From an uncultured delta proteobacterium (GTDB lineage Bacteria > Myxococcota_A > Polyangia > Polyangiales > Houyiibacteriaceae): 64,000 bases of DNA. The position numbers and the translations under genes were made by a program. The stretch lies in NCBI GenBank assembly GCA_963699755.1, contig CAVOVB010000001.1, positions 1,600,001-1,664,000 on the forward strand, in the 5' to 3' direction. Positions 31,645 to 41,721 of this stretch are shown here, in pieces; position 1 is the stretch's first letter; every line of letters begins with the position of its first letter. The notes beneath the pieces were generated by a model. The model saw only the letters and a list, made by a program, of their open reading frames with translations. It was not told where the DNA came from and made no database searches.

Positions 31645-32124
31645 AGCCGATGGTTTTCTCGGATCTGCTGCAGAAGCCCGCGCGACGCCGCTTCGCAGAT
31701 GTCGAGCACGGTTTCAAATCCGTCGCCCTCACCGTAGTATGGGTCTGGCACATCGGCGTCACGCGGGCGATTCCGGATCGTAGTTCCGAAAAAGAACGAC
31801 CTTTGCCTTGGCTGCCTCGTCCGGCGCAATCCGCAGCAGGTCACGCTGGTTTGCTCGATCCATCGCAACCAAGTAATCGAAACGCTCGAAGTCCTTCGAC
31901 TCCACCCTGCGCGCGCGACCGGCGAGCTCGATGCCACGTCGTTTCGCGGAAACTGTGGCCCGGCGGTCAGGAGGCTCGCCGACATGCCAATCGCCCGTTC
32001 CGGCGCTGTCGATCTCGATCTCAGCGACGAGGTGTTCGCGTTCGAGAAGCCGACGCATGGTCGCTTCCGCCGTTGGTGAGCGGCAGATGTTCCCAAGACA
32101 AACGAAACAGAGACGGACAGTCAT
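31641..32124 (-). CDS. Low-molecular-weight protein-tyrosine phosphatase, one frameshift near 31765
   Basis: FVCLGNICRSPTAE in one frame, DVPDPYYG...VLDICE in the next; removing one C from a CCC run restores a single ORF. Confidence 0.88.
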
Positions 32125-32126
32125 GG

Positions 32127-33146
32127 CTAGGGCGTGAGTAGGACCTTCCCGATGTTTTGGCCAGCTTCGATGTACGCATGCGCTTCCGCCGCGAACCCGA
32201 AGGGGTAGCAGCGATCGACGTGCGGCTTGATTTGGTGCTCTTCGTAGAGCTTCAAGAGTGCCGTAAACGCATCGAACGTCAGATCGCGCTCGTCCCAGAG
32301 ATGCCCCATGTTGACACCCGCCACGCCCTTGTTCTGCTGCATCAGGCGAATCGGCGTCCACAGGGGGACATGTGTGAATTCGCCGAGCATATGGGTCAGG
32401 CGGCGCTTCCCCTTCTTCGCCATGTTCGCCCAGCCGAACGAGACGAGGAGACCTCCGGGTCGAAGCAACGAGAAGCCCTTCTTCCAGTCATTGCCTCCGA
32501 GCGCGTCGAGCACGCAGTCGACCCCGCGGCCATCGGTCAGTCTTCGAACCTCTCCGACGTAGTCGGCAGAGTGATAGTCGATCGCGTGATCGCAGCCGTT
32601 GTCCCGCACGTGATCGTGCTTGGCCTTCGACGCGGTGCCGTAGGTCGTGACCCCTCCGACCGTGCGGCAGAGCTGGCTCGCCGCGGTACCCACGCCACCC
32701 GCGGCCTGGTGAATCAAGACCTTGTCCCCTGCTCTCAATCGAAACACGTTGAACAGCATGTGGTAGGCGGTGAGATACGTGACGGGCAGCGCGGCACCTT
32801 CTTCAAAGCTCATTTGCTCCGGCATCAGGAACGTCTGCGCCGCATCGACGCACACTGCCTCTGCGTAACCGCCAAACCGGGTCATCGCCAAGACACGTTG
32901 GCCCTCGCTTCGATCGGCGACTCCCTCGCCCACCGAGTCGATGACGCCGGACACCTCATAGCCGACCACCATCGGTGGGGATGGCGCGTCTGGATACAGC
33001 CCCTGCCGGGCCATGATGTCCGCAAAGTTGATCCCCGATGCTCGAACGCGAATCCTGACCTCGCCGGGCCCGGGCATCGGGTCCCGGCTCTCGCGGAGCT
33101 CGAGCACGTCGGACTTACCGTGCTTCGGAATCCAGATTGACTTCAT
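32127..33146 (-). CDS. MDR oxidoreductase, VAT-1-like
   Basis: GINFADIMARQGLYPDAP, VLIHQAAGGVGTAA, NIGKVLL. Confidence 0.9.
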   Translation of the reverse strand: MKSIWIPKHGKSDVLELRESRDPMPGPGEVRIRVRASGINFADIMARQGLYPDAPSPPMVVGYEVSGVIDSVGEGVADRSEGQRVLAMTRFGGYAEAVCVDAAQTFLMPEQMSFEEGAALPVTYLTAYHMLFNVFRLRAGDKVLIHQAAGGVGTAASQLCRTVGGVTTYGTASKAKHDHVRDNGCDHAIDYHSADYVGEVRRLTDGRGVDCVLDALGGNDWKKGFSLLRPGGLLVSFGWANMAKKGKRRLTHMLGEFTHVPLWTPIRLMQQNKGVAGVNMGHLWDERDLTFDAFTALLKLYEEHQIKPHVDRCYPFGFAAEAHAYIEAGQNIGKVLLTP

Positions 33147-33209
33147 GTTTGACGACTAACTCTGGCCGGAACGATGTCAAGCCTCCTGGCGCCGTGTTAG
33201 GGTTCGGGC

Positions 33210-33623
33210 ATGGACGTCGTTTTAGCGCCCGACATCTACGTCAACGCTTCGATCGCGCTCGGGTCTCCGCCAGAGCGTGCCGTTCGGCGCGCGTTTGGAG
33301 GCCCCGCCAAACCAAAGACGTCGAAGTGGGTGATGGAACGCGTCGAGTCGATGCTTCACGCGCTTCCTCAGTTCAAAGACGAAGCGGTCGCACAGCAGAT
33401 GACGACCATTTGCGGTCTCGTCGACGTCGTCGAGACCACTGACTTCTTCATCGAAGACTGGAACGAGGCGCTCGTCGCGCTCGCAAAGGCCGCCGGGGTG
33501 GCTCGGGTGCTCACCGATCACCCTGATCTTCTCGCGGATAAAGGCGTGCTAGGCGTGGAGTTCGTCTCATCGGACGACTGGCTCCGCGAGCAGGTCACGC
33601 CTCCGCCACCACCTCCTGTCTAG
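33210..33623 (+). CDS. Degenerate PIN-domain-like protein
   Basis: VVLAPDIYVNA ~ VVLDTNVLVSA; LVALAKAAGVARVLTDHPDLL ~ A...IVTGDKDLL; poly-Pro tail. Confidence 0.55.
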   Translation: MDVVLAPDIYVNASIALGSPPERAVRRAFGGPAKPKTSKWVMERVESMLHALPQFKDEAVAQQMTTICGLVDVVETTDFFIEDWNEALVALAKAAGVARVLTDHPDLLADKGVLGVEFVSSDDWLREQVTPPPPPPV

Positions 33624-33669
33624 CCTCGCGCCTTGAGCCAGGTAGCCCAGGCCTGCTAGAGGGTGACCC

Positions 33670-34149
33670 GTGTCCGATTCGTTTCTTCCGCAGAAGGATG
33701 AAATCAGGCGACGCCTCGAGGGGCGTTACGTCGGCGCAGTCCCGCACAACCAGGCTTTGGGTCTTCGAGTCGTCGACTACAGGCCCGAGCATCTCTCCCT
33801 TGCGCTTCCTTATCGGGTGGATCTCGTAGGCAACCCCGAGACGGAGGTTCTGCATGGTGGCTGCATCACCAGTCTGATCGATGCGACCTGTGGTGGAGCG
33901 GTCATCATGTCACTCGCTGCGCCACGGCGAATTGCGACGCTCGACCTTCGAATCGACTACGTGCGCCCGGCCCTGCCACATCAAGAAGTCATTTGCGGCG
34001 CTCATTGCTACAAAGTGACCAGGCACGTCGCGTTCGTGCGGGCCAAGGCGCACCACGGCGACAAGGCGAACCCCATCGCGACCGCGTCTGGAACGTTCGT
34101 CATTTTCCCGGACGAAGGGCGGCGAACGCAAGACGGGGTGCCCGAATGA
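33670..34149 (+). CDS. PaaI/hotdog-fold thioesterase
   Basis: GNPETEVLHGGCITSLIDATCG, TLDLRIDYVRP. Confidence 0.9.
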   Translation: MSDSFLPQKDEIRRRLEGRYVGAVPHNQALGLRVVDYRPEHLSLALPYRVDLVGNPETEVLHGGCITSLIDATCGGAVIMSLAAPRRIATLDLRIDYVRPALPHQEVICGAHCYKVTRHVAFVRAKAHHGDKANPIATASGTFVIFPDEGRRTQDGVPE

Positions 34150-34583
34150 GGCTGCGCGATGCGGTGGTGGACCTTCGCCAAACGGGTGACTTCACGTCGC
34201 TCCAGGAGGCGATCCCCTACGCCCGGTTCATGGGCATCAGTTGCGAGCTCGTCGACGGCGAGGTCATTGGCCGAATGCGCTACTCGGACCACTTGGTCGG
34301 CAATGCGAACGTGCCCGCGCTTCATGGAGGTACGCTTGGTGCGCTCATGGAGTCGACTGCGATTTTCAAATTGCTCTGGCATGGAGAAACGACGGCAATC
34401 CCCAAGACGATCAACATCACCGTCGAGTTCCTCCGAGGCGCCGGTCCCCAGGACGTGCTCGCTCGGGCGGAATTCACGCGGCGGGGAAGGCGAGTCGCCA
34501 ACGTTCGTGTATTCGCGTATCAGGACGACCCGGACTGCCCGGTCGCCGTGGCAACCGCGCACTTTCTCTTGGTTCAAGATTGA
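34146..34583 (+). CDS. PaaI/hotdog-fold thioesterase, second of a tandem pair
   Basis: IPYARFMG, PALHGGTLGALME, PKTINITVEFLR. Confidence 0.88.
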   Translation: MRLRDAVVDLRQTGDFTSLQEAIPYARFMGISCELVDGEVIGRMRYSDHLVGNANVPALHGGTLGALMESTAIFKLLWHGETTAIPKTINITVEFLRGAGPQDVLARAEFTRRGRRVANVRVFAYQDDPDCPVAVATAHFLLVQD

Positions 34584-34584
34584 G

Positions 34585-35664
34585 ATGATCAAGCAGCCGA
34601 TTCACGGGCTTTGCAACGCCGAGCTAGCCCAACGCGCGAAGGTGCTGCTCCCTCGTGGGCACGGGATCGCTCGGCGGATTCATCGGCAAGTCATGCGCGA
34701 AGGCCGCTTCGAGCCGGAGAGCTTTGGGCTCGGCCAGGAGGCCGCTGAGGCATGGCGTGTAGCGTTTTCCTTCGAGCTCCCGAAGCTCGTCGCCGTGAAG
34801 TCCGACGACGGTGACGATGGTGCGACCTCCAAGATGGTCGTGCGATTGCAAGACGGGCTCGAAGTCGAGTCGGTCCGAATCCCCATGGGGCGGGGTCGAT
34901 ACACTCTGTGCGTCTCGAGCCAAGTCGGTTGCAAGATGGGCTGCACGTTTTGCGAAACCGGGCGCATGGGTTTGCTCCGCCACCTTCGAACCGACGAGAT
35001 CATCGCCCAGCTGCTCGTCGCAAGACATGGGCTCGGCTGGCCGATTCGCAACCTCGTCTTCATGGGGATGGGCGAGGCACTCGACAATTCCAAGAACGTG
35101 CTCCAGGCGTTACGGGTGCTGAACGACGAGGCGGGCTTGGCGATCGGCCAGGAGCGTCTGACGATTTGCACGGTCGGGCATGTTGAAGGAATCGGGCTTC
35201 TTGCCGAGCTTGGGCTCAAGCGGCTCAATCTTTCGATCAGCTTGAACGCGGCGAACGACTCGTTGCGAAACGAGCTGATGCCGATCAACCGACGTAGCGA
35301 CCTCGCGGCGCTCCAGAGGGCCCTCATGGCGTACCGCCCTCGTCGTAACTTCGTGCTTGGTGTCAATTACTGTCTCCTGCCGGGGATCAACGACACCGAA
35401 GCCGATGCGCGTGCCGTAGCGGCGTTTTGCAAGCCCCTCGATCGGGTGCTCGTCAACCTCATTCCCTACAATCCCGGCTCGATGCCGCTTACGCGCGCGC
35501 CCGACGACGCCGAGGTCGAGCGTTTCATCGCCTGGCTCCGCGCCGAGGGCCTGCCCGTGCGCGAGCGTGTGACCAAAGGCCGCAGCGTCATGGCTGCCTG
35601 CGGGCAGCTCGGCAATCCCGCAGCGCGCGCGGAGCTCAAGGCGCTCCGAACCCTGCGAGCCTAG
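34585..35664 (+). CDS. rlmN: RlmN-family radical SAM RNA methyltransferase
   Basis: [37 protein letters not shown]. Confidence 0.82.
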   Translation: MIKQPIHGLCNAELAQRAKVLLPRGHGIARRIHRQVMREGRFEPESFGLGQEAAEAWRVAFSFELPKLVAVKSDDGDDGATSKMVVRLQDGLEVESVRIPMGRGRYTLCVSSQVGCKMGCTFCETGRMGLLRHLRTDEIIAQLLVARHGLGWPIRNLVFMGMGEALDNSKNVLQALRVLNDEAGLAIGQERLTICTVGHVEGIGLLAELGLKRLNLSISLNAANDSLRNELMPINRRSDLAALQRALMAYRPRRNFVLGVNYCLLPGINDTEADARAVAAFCKPLDRVLVNLIPYNPGSMPLTRAPDDAEVERFIAWLRAEGLPVRERVTKGRSVMAACGQLGNPAARAELKALRTLRA

Positions 35665-37034
35665 CGCTTCCGGCTCTTTTTGCCCCGGTACCGGACACGG
35701 ATCGGTGTCCCCTGGAACCCGAATCGCTTGCGGATCTGATTGACCACGTATCGCTGGTAGCTGAAGTGCACGTCCTTGGGCGAGTTCGTCATGATGACGA
35801 ACGTCGGAGGCGCAACGCTCGCCTGGGTGATGTAATAGAACCGGACCGAGCGATGGTGCATCGTCGGGGCGGGGTGCTTCTCGAGGACTTCTTCGAAGAA
35901 GCGATTCATCTCCGCCGTGCCGATTCGCTTACGATGCTCGATCACCGCGTCATCCACACGCCCTAGCAAGGCCTTGATTCCCCGTCCCTCGAGCGCGCTC
36001 ACCGTCACCATGGGTGCCCATGGCACGAAGGCCAGGACTTCGCGCGTTCGATCCATGGCTTTTTTCTGCGCCTCTCGGCTGAGCAGGTCAGTCTTGTTGA
36101 GCGCAATGATCAGCGCACGACCCCTGTCGTGGACGAGACCGGCGATTTTTGCGTCCTGCTCACCGACCCCCGCTTCGGCGTCGATCATGAGCACGACGAC
36201 GTGACTTCGTTCGATCGACCGGATCGCTTGGAGCACGCTCAGACCTTCGATACCGCGCTTCTTCACGCTCCGCTTGCGACGAATCCCAGCGGTGTCGATT
36301 AGGATCAGACTCTGTCCGTCGCGCTCGACCAGCGTGTCGATGCTGTCCACGGTGGTCCCGGGCCGATCGTCGACCAACTGACGCTCTTCGCCGCAGAGCT
36401 GATTCACCAAGGAAGACTTGCCCGCATTCGGCCTACCGATGATCGCGACTCGAGGAACGTTCAGCGCCGGCTCGCTGATCTCCTCGGCCTCGGGGAGTTG
36501 CTCGAAGATCGCCTCTTCCAAGTCGCCGATGCCTCGCCCGTGAAGCGCGGAGATCGGCATGATCGAGTTGATCCCGAGCTCGTAGTACGACACCGCGTCG
36601 TGCTCCCTTGCCTGCGAGTCCGCCTTGTTGGCAACGAAGATCACGGGCTTACCTGCGTCGCGCAGGAGTGCAACGGCTTCGCGGTCCGCGGGCAACGGAT
36701 CGACTGTGGCATCCACCACGCAGACGACGACATCACACTCTTCGAGCGCCAATCGAACCTGGCTCGTGATGCCAGCCTTCATCGGGTCGTCGCTGTCCGG
36801 GTCGAATCCACCGGTGTCGATCAGTACGAATTCACGGCCTAGCGCGAACGAATCTGCGTAGTGGCGGTCCCGGGTCACCCCTGGGATGTCCTCTACGATG
36901 GCGATGTGCTGCCCGGCCAAGCGGTTGAACAGCGTGCTCTTGCCGACATTCGGACGACCGACGATGGCGACCAAGGGCTTGTTGACGACGGAGCCCGCAG
37001 GCCTTCGTGCGTGGTGGCGATGCCGTCCGGTCAT
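35661..37034 (-). CDS. der: Ribosome biogenesis GTPase Der (EngA)
   Basis: Two G domains ([16 protein letters not shown] and [16 protein letters not shown]) plus KH-like tail. Confidence 0.97.
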   Translation of the reverse strand: MTGRHRHHARRPAGSVVNKPLVAIVGRPNVGKSTLFNRLAGQHIAIVEDIPGVTRDRHYADSFALGREFVLIDTGGFDPDSDDPMKAGITSQVRLALEECDVVVCVVDATVDPLPADREAVALLRDAGKPVIFVANKADSQAREHDAVSYYELGINSIMPISALHGRGIGDLEEAIFEQLPEAEEISEPALNVPRVAIIGRPNAGKSSLVNQLCGEERQLVDDRPGTTVDSIDTLVERDGQSLILIDTAGIRRKRSVKKRGIEGLSVLQAIRSIERSHVVVLMIDAEAGVGEQDAKIAGLVHDRGRALIIALNKTDLLSREAQKKAMDRTREVLAFVPWAPMVTVSALEGRGIKALLGRVDDAVIEHRKRIGTAEMNRFFEEVLEKHPAPTMHHRSVRFYYITQASVAPPTFVIMTNSPKDVHFSYQRYVVNQIRKRFGFQGTPIRVRYRGKKSRKR

Positions 37035-37969
37035 GACCGACCCTCTTCGATGGCGAGCTGACGCACTTTGGTTGGGTCCCGGGTCCAACCGGGGATGACC
37101 TTCACCCACAGGCGCAGATACACCTTGCGCTCCAAGAAGGCCTCGATCTGCAGGCGTGCCTCGGTGCTGATCTTCTTGATCGTCTCGCCCTGGCTCCCGA
37201 TCACGATCGCCTTGTGGCTCGGCTTCTCGACGATGAGCGTGCCTTCGATTCGGAGCAGGCTGCCCTCTTCGCGATAGCTCTCGAGATCGCATGCGATTCC
37301 GTACGGGATTTCCTGGCGCGTGTTGAGCATCGCCGCCTCACGAACCAGCTCGCTCACGAAGAAACGTTCCGGTCTGTCGGTCAGGAAATCGGCATCGTAG
37401 AGAAGCCCTTCGGGTAGGGTCGTACGAATCTCATCAAGCAGCGCCTCGAGGTTGGTTCCCCGAGTTGCCGAGATCGGCACCACTGCGGCGAACGCGCGAT
37501 TCTTCTGATACGCCTCGATGAAGGCGAAGAGCCTCTCTTTGACTTTGAGCCGGTCGACCTTGTTGATCGCGAGGATGACCGGCACGTTCGTGGCCTCCAG
37601 CGCCTGCAGGGCGGTCCGATCCTTCTCGTGGACCGCGAGCGCGGCCCCTGGCCTTGGCGCCTCCGTCACGAACACGATCGTGTCGCAGTCGACGAGCCCC
37701 TGCTTGGCGCTGTCGATCAGGACCCGGCCGAGCGCTCCTTTGGGTCGCTCGAGCCCTGGTGTGTCCACGAAGGCCACCTGCGTAGGCGGATCGCTTGAGG
37801 CGTAGACCCCCAACACGCAGGACCGGGTCGTCCCTGGCCGCGGCGTCGCAATCACGAGCTTCTGCCCGAGCAGCGCGTTGAGCAGCGTCGACTTGCCCAC
37901 ATTGGGTCGGCCGACGATCGCACATCGGCCGGCGCGCGCCGCATCGGCATGGTTTTCGGGGATCGGCAT
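37031..37969 (-). CDS. era: GTPase Era
   Basis: [24 protein letters not shown] domain IVIGSQG. Confidence 0.96.
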   Translation of the reverse strand: MPIPENHADAARAGRCAIVGRPNVGKSTLLNALLGQKLVIATPRPGTTRSCVLGVYASSDPPTQVAFVDTPGLERPKGALGRVLIDSAKQGLVDCDTIVFVTEAPRPGAALAVHEKDRTALQALEATNVPVILAINKVDRLKVKERLFAFIEAYQKNRAFAAVVPISATRGTNLEALLDEIRTTLPEGLLYDADFLTDRPERFFVSELVREAAMLNTRQEIPYGIACDLESYREEGSLLRIEGTLIVEKPSHKAIVIGSQGETIKKISTEARLQIEAFLERKVYLRLWVKVIPGWTRDPTKVRQLAIEEGRS

Positions 37970-38057
37970 GGAGGGGCCGGAGTGTAGCGGGGGCCTGCCG
38001 CGGATCGAGCCGGAAGCGTGGCCCCCCGAAGTCCTGTGAGCTATGCTCGCCGCGCTC

Positions 38058-38486
38058 ATGCGATTTATCACTTCCCCGTTGCTTTGGCTTTTTTCCGTTT
38101 TCCTTCTTCTTCTGGTCGCCTGCGTGGGCGGCGTGGGCACTACCTGCTTTCAGAACGACGAATGCGACGGCGCGCTGCTCTGCTGTCATCTGAGTAGCCC
38201 GTTCACCCAGGGCTTCTGCGAAACCCAAGGGGTATGTGACGATCTCCGCGGCAACCAAGGCGGCGCTGGCGGCAACGGCGGCTCGGCTGGTGCGGGCGGC
38301 CAGGGTGGCCAGGCCGGCCAAGGCGGCGTTGGCGGCATGGCAGGCGCTGGCGGTATGGCCGGCGCTGGAGGAGAGGGCGGCGCGGCTGGCCAAGGCGGCC
38401 AAGGTGGCGCGGCCGGCATCGGTGGCGCGTCCGGGGCGGGCGGCAACGGTGGCTCGGCTGGCGCGGGCGGCAACGGAGGCGCCTAG
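38058..38486 (+). CDS. Cys-rich/Gly-rich lipoprotein
   Basis: Lipobox LVAC, Cys module, GGAGG tail. Confidence 0.7.
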   Translation: MRFITSPLLWLFSVFLLLLVACVGGVGTTCFQNDECDGALLCCHLSSPFTQGFCETQGVCDDLRGNQGGAGGNGGSAGAGGQGGQAGQGGVGGMAGAGGMAGAGGEGGAAGQGGQGGAAGIGGASGAGGNGGSAGAGGNGGA

Positions 38487-38491
38487 TCTCC

Positions 38492-39472
38492 ATGAGGCTG
38501 CTTCTTCCCGCGGTGCTCATTGTTGGTCTCGCGGCCGTGGCCGGTGCGCAGGAGGCTACCAACCCTACAGACCTTCCGCCGCTGCCTTCCGATGACGAGC
38601 TCGCCGCGCTTCTTTCGAATCCGGCGACGACCGCGGCCGATGCCTACGAGCTGGGCAGACGTTCCTTCGAGGCGAAGCGCTACGAAGCGGCGGAGCAGGC
38701 CTGGCTTCGAGCATTCGAGCTGAAGCGAGACCCGACCCTCCTCGTGGCGGTGGCCGATACACGACAACGCCGTGGAGACGAGCCCGGGGCCGTCGCCATG
38801 CTGGAACAATACTTGGTCGAGCGGCCCGATGCCCCGGACGCCGAATCGGTCCATGTGCGGATCGCGACTCTTCTCAAGAGCCCGGCAGTGCTGCTCGTTC
38901 GCTCCGAGCAAGTTGGCCGTGCGATTTTGCTCGATGGCGTTCCCAGCACGAAAAAGACGCCTGCCGAGCTCGAGGTCGACCCCGGGGTGCACGTCGTGGT
39001 CGTCGTGGGCGACGGGAAGCAGGTCGGCGAAAAGACGGTGCAGGTTGGATACGGTGAGGTGCGGGAGCTCGATTTCAGCGCCGAGCCGACGAGGAGCCTG
39101 ATCGTCAAGCAAAGCGAAGAGGCAAAGTTGGCGGCTCAGCGCGCGATCGAACGTGAGGATCAGACGATCCGCCGGGCGGTGATTTCTACCGGCAGCATCG
39201 CTGCAGCGTCCCTGGTCACGGGCGCGGTGCTGGGGGCCTTGGGGTACCGAGACGACGAAGGTGACCCGACCAACCAGACCCAACAGGCGGCCGACCGGGA
39301 CCAGCGGCGGGCCCTTTTTGCGAACCTATCGTTTGGTTTGGCGGCCTTGTCCGCGATCACTTCGTTCACGCTATTCATGACCCACAAGAACAAACGAAAG
39401 CGTGAGCGCGAGACGGCGCGGTGGCACATCGAAACACTCGGGGCCGGCGCCTCGGCGACCCTGCGGTTCTGA
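38492..39472 (+). CDS. Exported TPR plus PEGA domain protein
   Basis: Signal peptide, TPR helices, ILLDG...TPAELEVDPGVH PEGA segment, C-terminal hydrophobic segments. Confidence 0.75.
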   Translation: MRLLLPAVLIVGLAAVAGAQEATNPTDLPPLPSDDELAALLSNPATTAADAYELGRRSFEAKRYEAAEQAWLRAFELKRDPTLLVAVADTRQRRGDEPGAVAMLEQYLVERPDAPDAESVHVRIATLLKSPAVLLVRSEQVGRAILLDGVPSTKKTPAELEVDPGVHVVVVVGDGKQVGEKTVQVGYGEVRELDFSAEPTRSLIVKQSEEAKLAAQRAIEREDQTIRRAVISTGSIAAASLVTGAVLGALGYRDDEGDPTNQTQQAADRDQRRALFANLSFGLAALSAITSFTLFMTHKNKRKRERETARWHIETLGAGASATLRF

Positions 39473-39488
39473 GCTGGCGCAATTCGGG

Positions 39489-40730
39489 CTAGCGGCCGAG
39501 CAGGTGCACGCGTGTTCGAAGCGAGCGCATCACGGCGAGCTGGGTCGCCGCGACGAAGCCGTGCGAGAAATATGTGTTTCCGGCGATCAGCTTGCGAATG
39601 AGCTTTGGGGAATCTGCCGGATCGAAGCTGGCCCAAGCGATGACGCCGGCTTCACCTCCGGGGTAGCGGTAGGTGTCGAAGCGCCACTTGCCCTTCGACA
39701 GTGTGCCTGAAATGCCATCGACCGAGACAACCCTGGGGCTGGGTCGGAGGATCATCTCTCCACCGACGTGCAGCAGTGGGATCGGGATCTCCCATTCAAA
39801 CCGCGTCCCCTTCTCGCTGCGTTCGACGACCTCTGCGCAGCTTCCATGGAGTAGCGATTTGCCGAACTCCTCCGGATCGAGCATGACCCGGCGCACCCGC
39901 CTCTCGCTGGCTCCGGCGCGGCCGATGACCGCCACGCTGTGCAGCGTCGACCCGTCCATATCCATGAACACCAAGTCCCCACGCGCGAGGAGCGAGCGCA
40001 GCGCGTACATGTCGACCTGCGGTCTGCGAAGGGGCTTTGCGGCATAAATCCCGTCGATGGACGTCCCTGCACGCCGTTCCGCTTCCGCCTTGACCTCGAG
40101 TAGGGTGACCATGGCCACGGCGACGTTGACCGTTCGATTCACCGCGTTCCCTTCCGAAGCGAGCTGACGTGTGATGTAGTTCGCGTTGCGCATGTCGAGG
40201 CGCGAGGCGAAAACGACGAGCGACCGATCGGGACCCTCCGGGTAGACGCGCCACATGACCCGACCGATGCCGAGATCTCCGCCTGTCGTCCGGATGTCGA
40301 AGCGGTACCCGCGCGTCGAGTCGCCCGGGTAGCTCGTCATCACGTTCTGGCCGGTGAGCGAGAACAGCGTGACTCCCCAGCTCCAGTCGAAGGCGGTCAT
40401 CTGCCCGCTGACCTCGCGAATGTCCACCGAAGTCAGCGCATTCATGAAGCGCGGATACTCCGCGGGTTTTCCAATGACCCCGGCGATCGTCTTCGCAGGT
40501 GCCTGGATGCGCGCCGCGTAGATCACGGCCGGCAGGTCGGTCTGCCGGTTTTGGAACTCGGTCAGCAGGACGGGCCCGTGTACGAGGTGCGGTGCGAGCA
40601 GTGCCCGCTCTTCGACGTTGAGCGCGCCGAGCCGCGCGACCGAGGCATCGACTTTGCCGCTCTCACGCTCCGCAAAGGCGCTGCTGCTCCACGCCGCCAA
40701 GAGGATGAAAACTGTAAGAAATCTCCGCAT
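39489..40730 (-). CDS. Exported protein with probable tandem SRPBCC/START domains
   Basis: Signal peptide; PAEYPRFMNAL and a second VMLDPEEF unit, each followed by G..RW/WR strands. Confidence 0.6.
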   Translation of the reverse strand: MRRFLTVFILLAAWSSSAFAERESGKVDASVARLGALNVEERALLAPHLVHGPVLLTEFQNRQTDLPAVIYAARIQAPAKTIAGVIGKPAEYPRFMNALTSVDIREVSGQMTAFDWSWGVTLFSLTGQNVMTSYPGDSTRGYRFDIRTTGGDLGIGRVMWRVYPEGPDRSLVVFASRLDMRNANYITRQLASEGNAVNRTVNVAVAMVTLLEVKAEAERRAGTSIDGIYAAKPLRRPQVDMYALRSLLARGDLVFMDMDGSTLHSVAVIGRAGASERRVRRVMLDPEEFGKSLLHGSCAEVVERSEKGTRFEWEIPIPLLHVGGEMILRPSPRVVSVDGISGTLSKGKWRFDTYRYPGGEAGVIAWASFDPADSPKLIRKLIAGNTYFSHGFVAATQLAVMRSLRTRVHLLGR

Positions 40731-40799
40731 GCCGTTTGGACGACCTCGCTTGCCTATTCTTCAATCCCGCGACAAAACGGCCCTCGAGAGGACTCTACC

Positions 40800-40955
40800 G
40801 TGCGCGCAAAGAGCCAATGGACCCCGGGCGGCAGCCTATTGTGGCTGATCGCTGCAGTTCTCGCGAGCCTCGTCGTCTGCTCACTGTCCACGCCTGCCGC
40901 CGAGCCTCTCGATGCGACCGAGGAGGTGGAGATCGAGCTCGAGCTCGGCGAGTGA
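40800..40955 (+). CDS. Possible 51-aa small membrane/exported protein
   Basis: GTG start, [15 protein letters not shown] hydrophobic core, acidic tail; fills an intergenic gap. Confidence 0.35.
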   Translation: MRAKSQWTPGGSLLWLIAAVLASLVVCSLSTPAAEPLDATEEVEIELELGE

Positions 40956-41037
40956 CCGGACCTTGGATTTCTCGAAGGAGCCAGCCTGTGCCCAGGCTCT
41001 GCTTGACCCTGCGAGCCCCCCGCCCTTTACTAGCGGC

Positions 41038-41685
41038 ATGCAGATTTTCATCGACACCGCCGACATCGAGGAGATCCGTGATGCCGCCGCCATGGGCGTC
41101 ATCGATGGCGTGACGACCAACCCGTCCCTCGTGGCCAAAACCGGGCGGCCCTTCCAAGAGGTGCTGGTCGACATTTGCGAAGTCGTCGACGGCCCGATCA
41201 GCGCGGAGGTCGTTGCGACCGACTACGAAGGGATGCTCAAGGAGGCCCGAGTCCTCGCCAAGATGCATGAGAACATCGTCGTCAAGATTCCCTTGATCCC
41301 CGAGGGCCTCAAGGCGGTGCGAACGCTCACCGATGAAGGCATCCGTACCAACGTCACGCTATGCTTCAGCCCGACGCAAGGGCTGCTCGCCGCCAAGGCA
41401 GGCGCGACCTACATTAGCCCGTTCATCGGCCGTATCGACGACATCGCGGGCAACGGAATGGAGCTCGTCGAGCAGTTGGTCACGATCTACCAAAACTATG
41501 GGCTGACCACGCAGGTTCTCGCCGCGAGCATTCGTCATCCCGTTCACGCCGTGCAGGCTGCTCTCATCGGCGCGGACGTCGCAACCATTCCGCACAAGGT
41601 CATCCTTCAGCTGTTGAAGCATCCCCTCACCGACATCGGCCTCGAGCGGTTCCTGGCTGACGCGAAGAAGATTCCGACCGGGTAA
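41038..41685 (+). CDS. tal: Transaldolase / fructose-6-phosphate aldolase (short type)
   Basis: [45 protein letters not shown]. Confidence 0.93.
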   Translation: MQIFIDTADIEEIRDAAAMGVIDGVTTNPSLVAKTGRPFQEVLVDICEVVDGPISAEVVATDYEGMLKEARVLAKMHENIVVKIPLIPEGLKAVRTLTDEGIRTNVTLCFSPTQGLLAAKAGATYISPFIGRIDDIAGNGMELVEQLVTIYQNYGLTTQVLAASIRHPVHAVQAALIGADVATIPHKVILQLLKHPLTDIGLERFLADAKKIPTG

Positions 41686-41721
41686 GGCGCGGCGAGTCGC
41701 AAACCTCACTACGAGTCATCC

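Noticed and set aside
31760..31770. Programmed frameshift in the LMW-PTP gene
   Set aside because: No slippery heptamer is present; a single extra base in a short C run fits sequencing error better.
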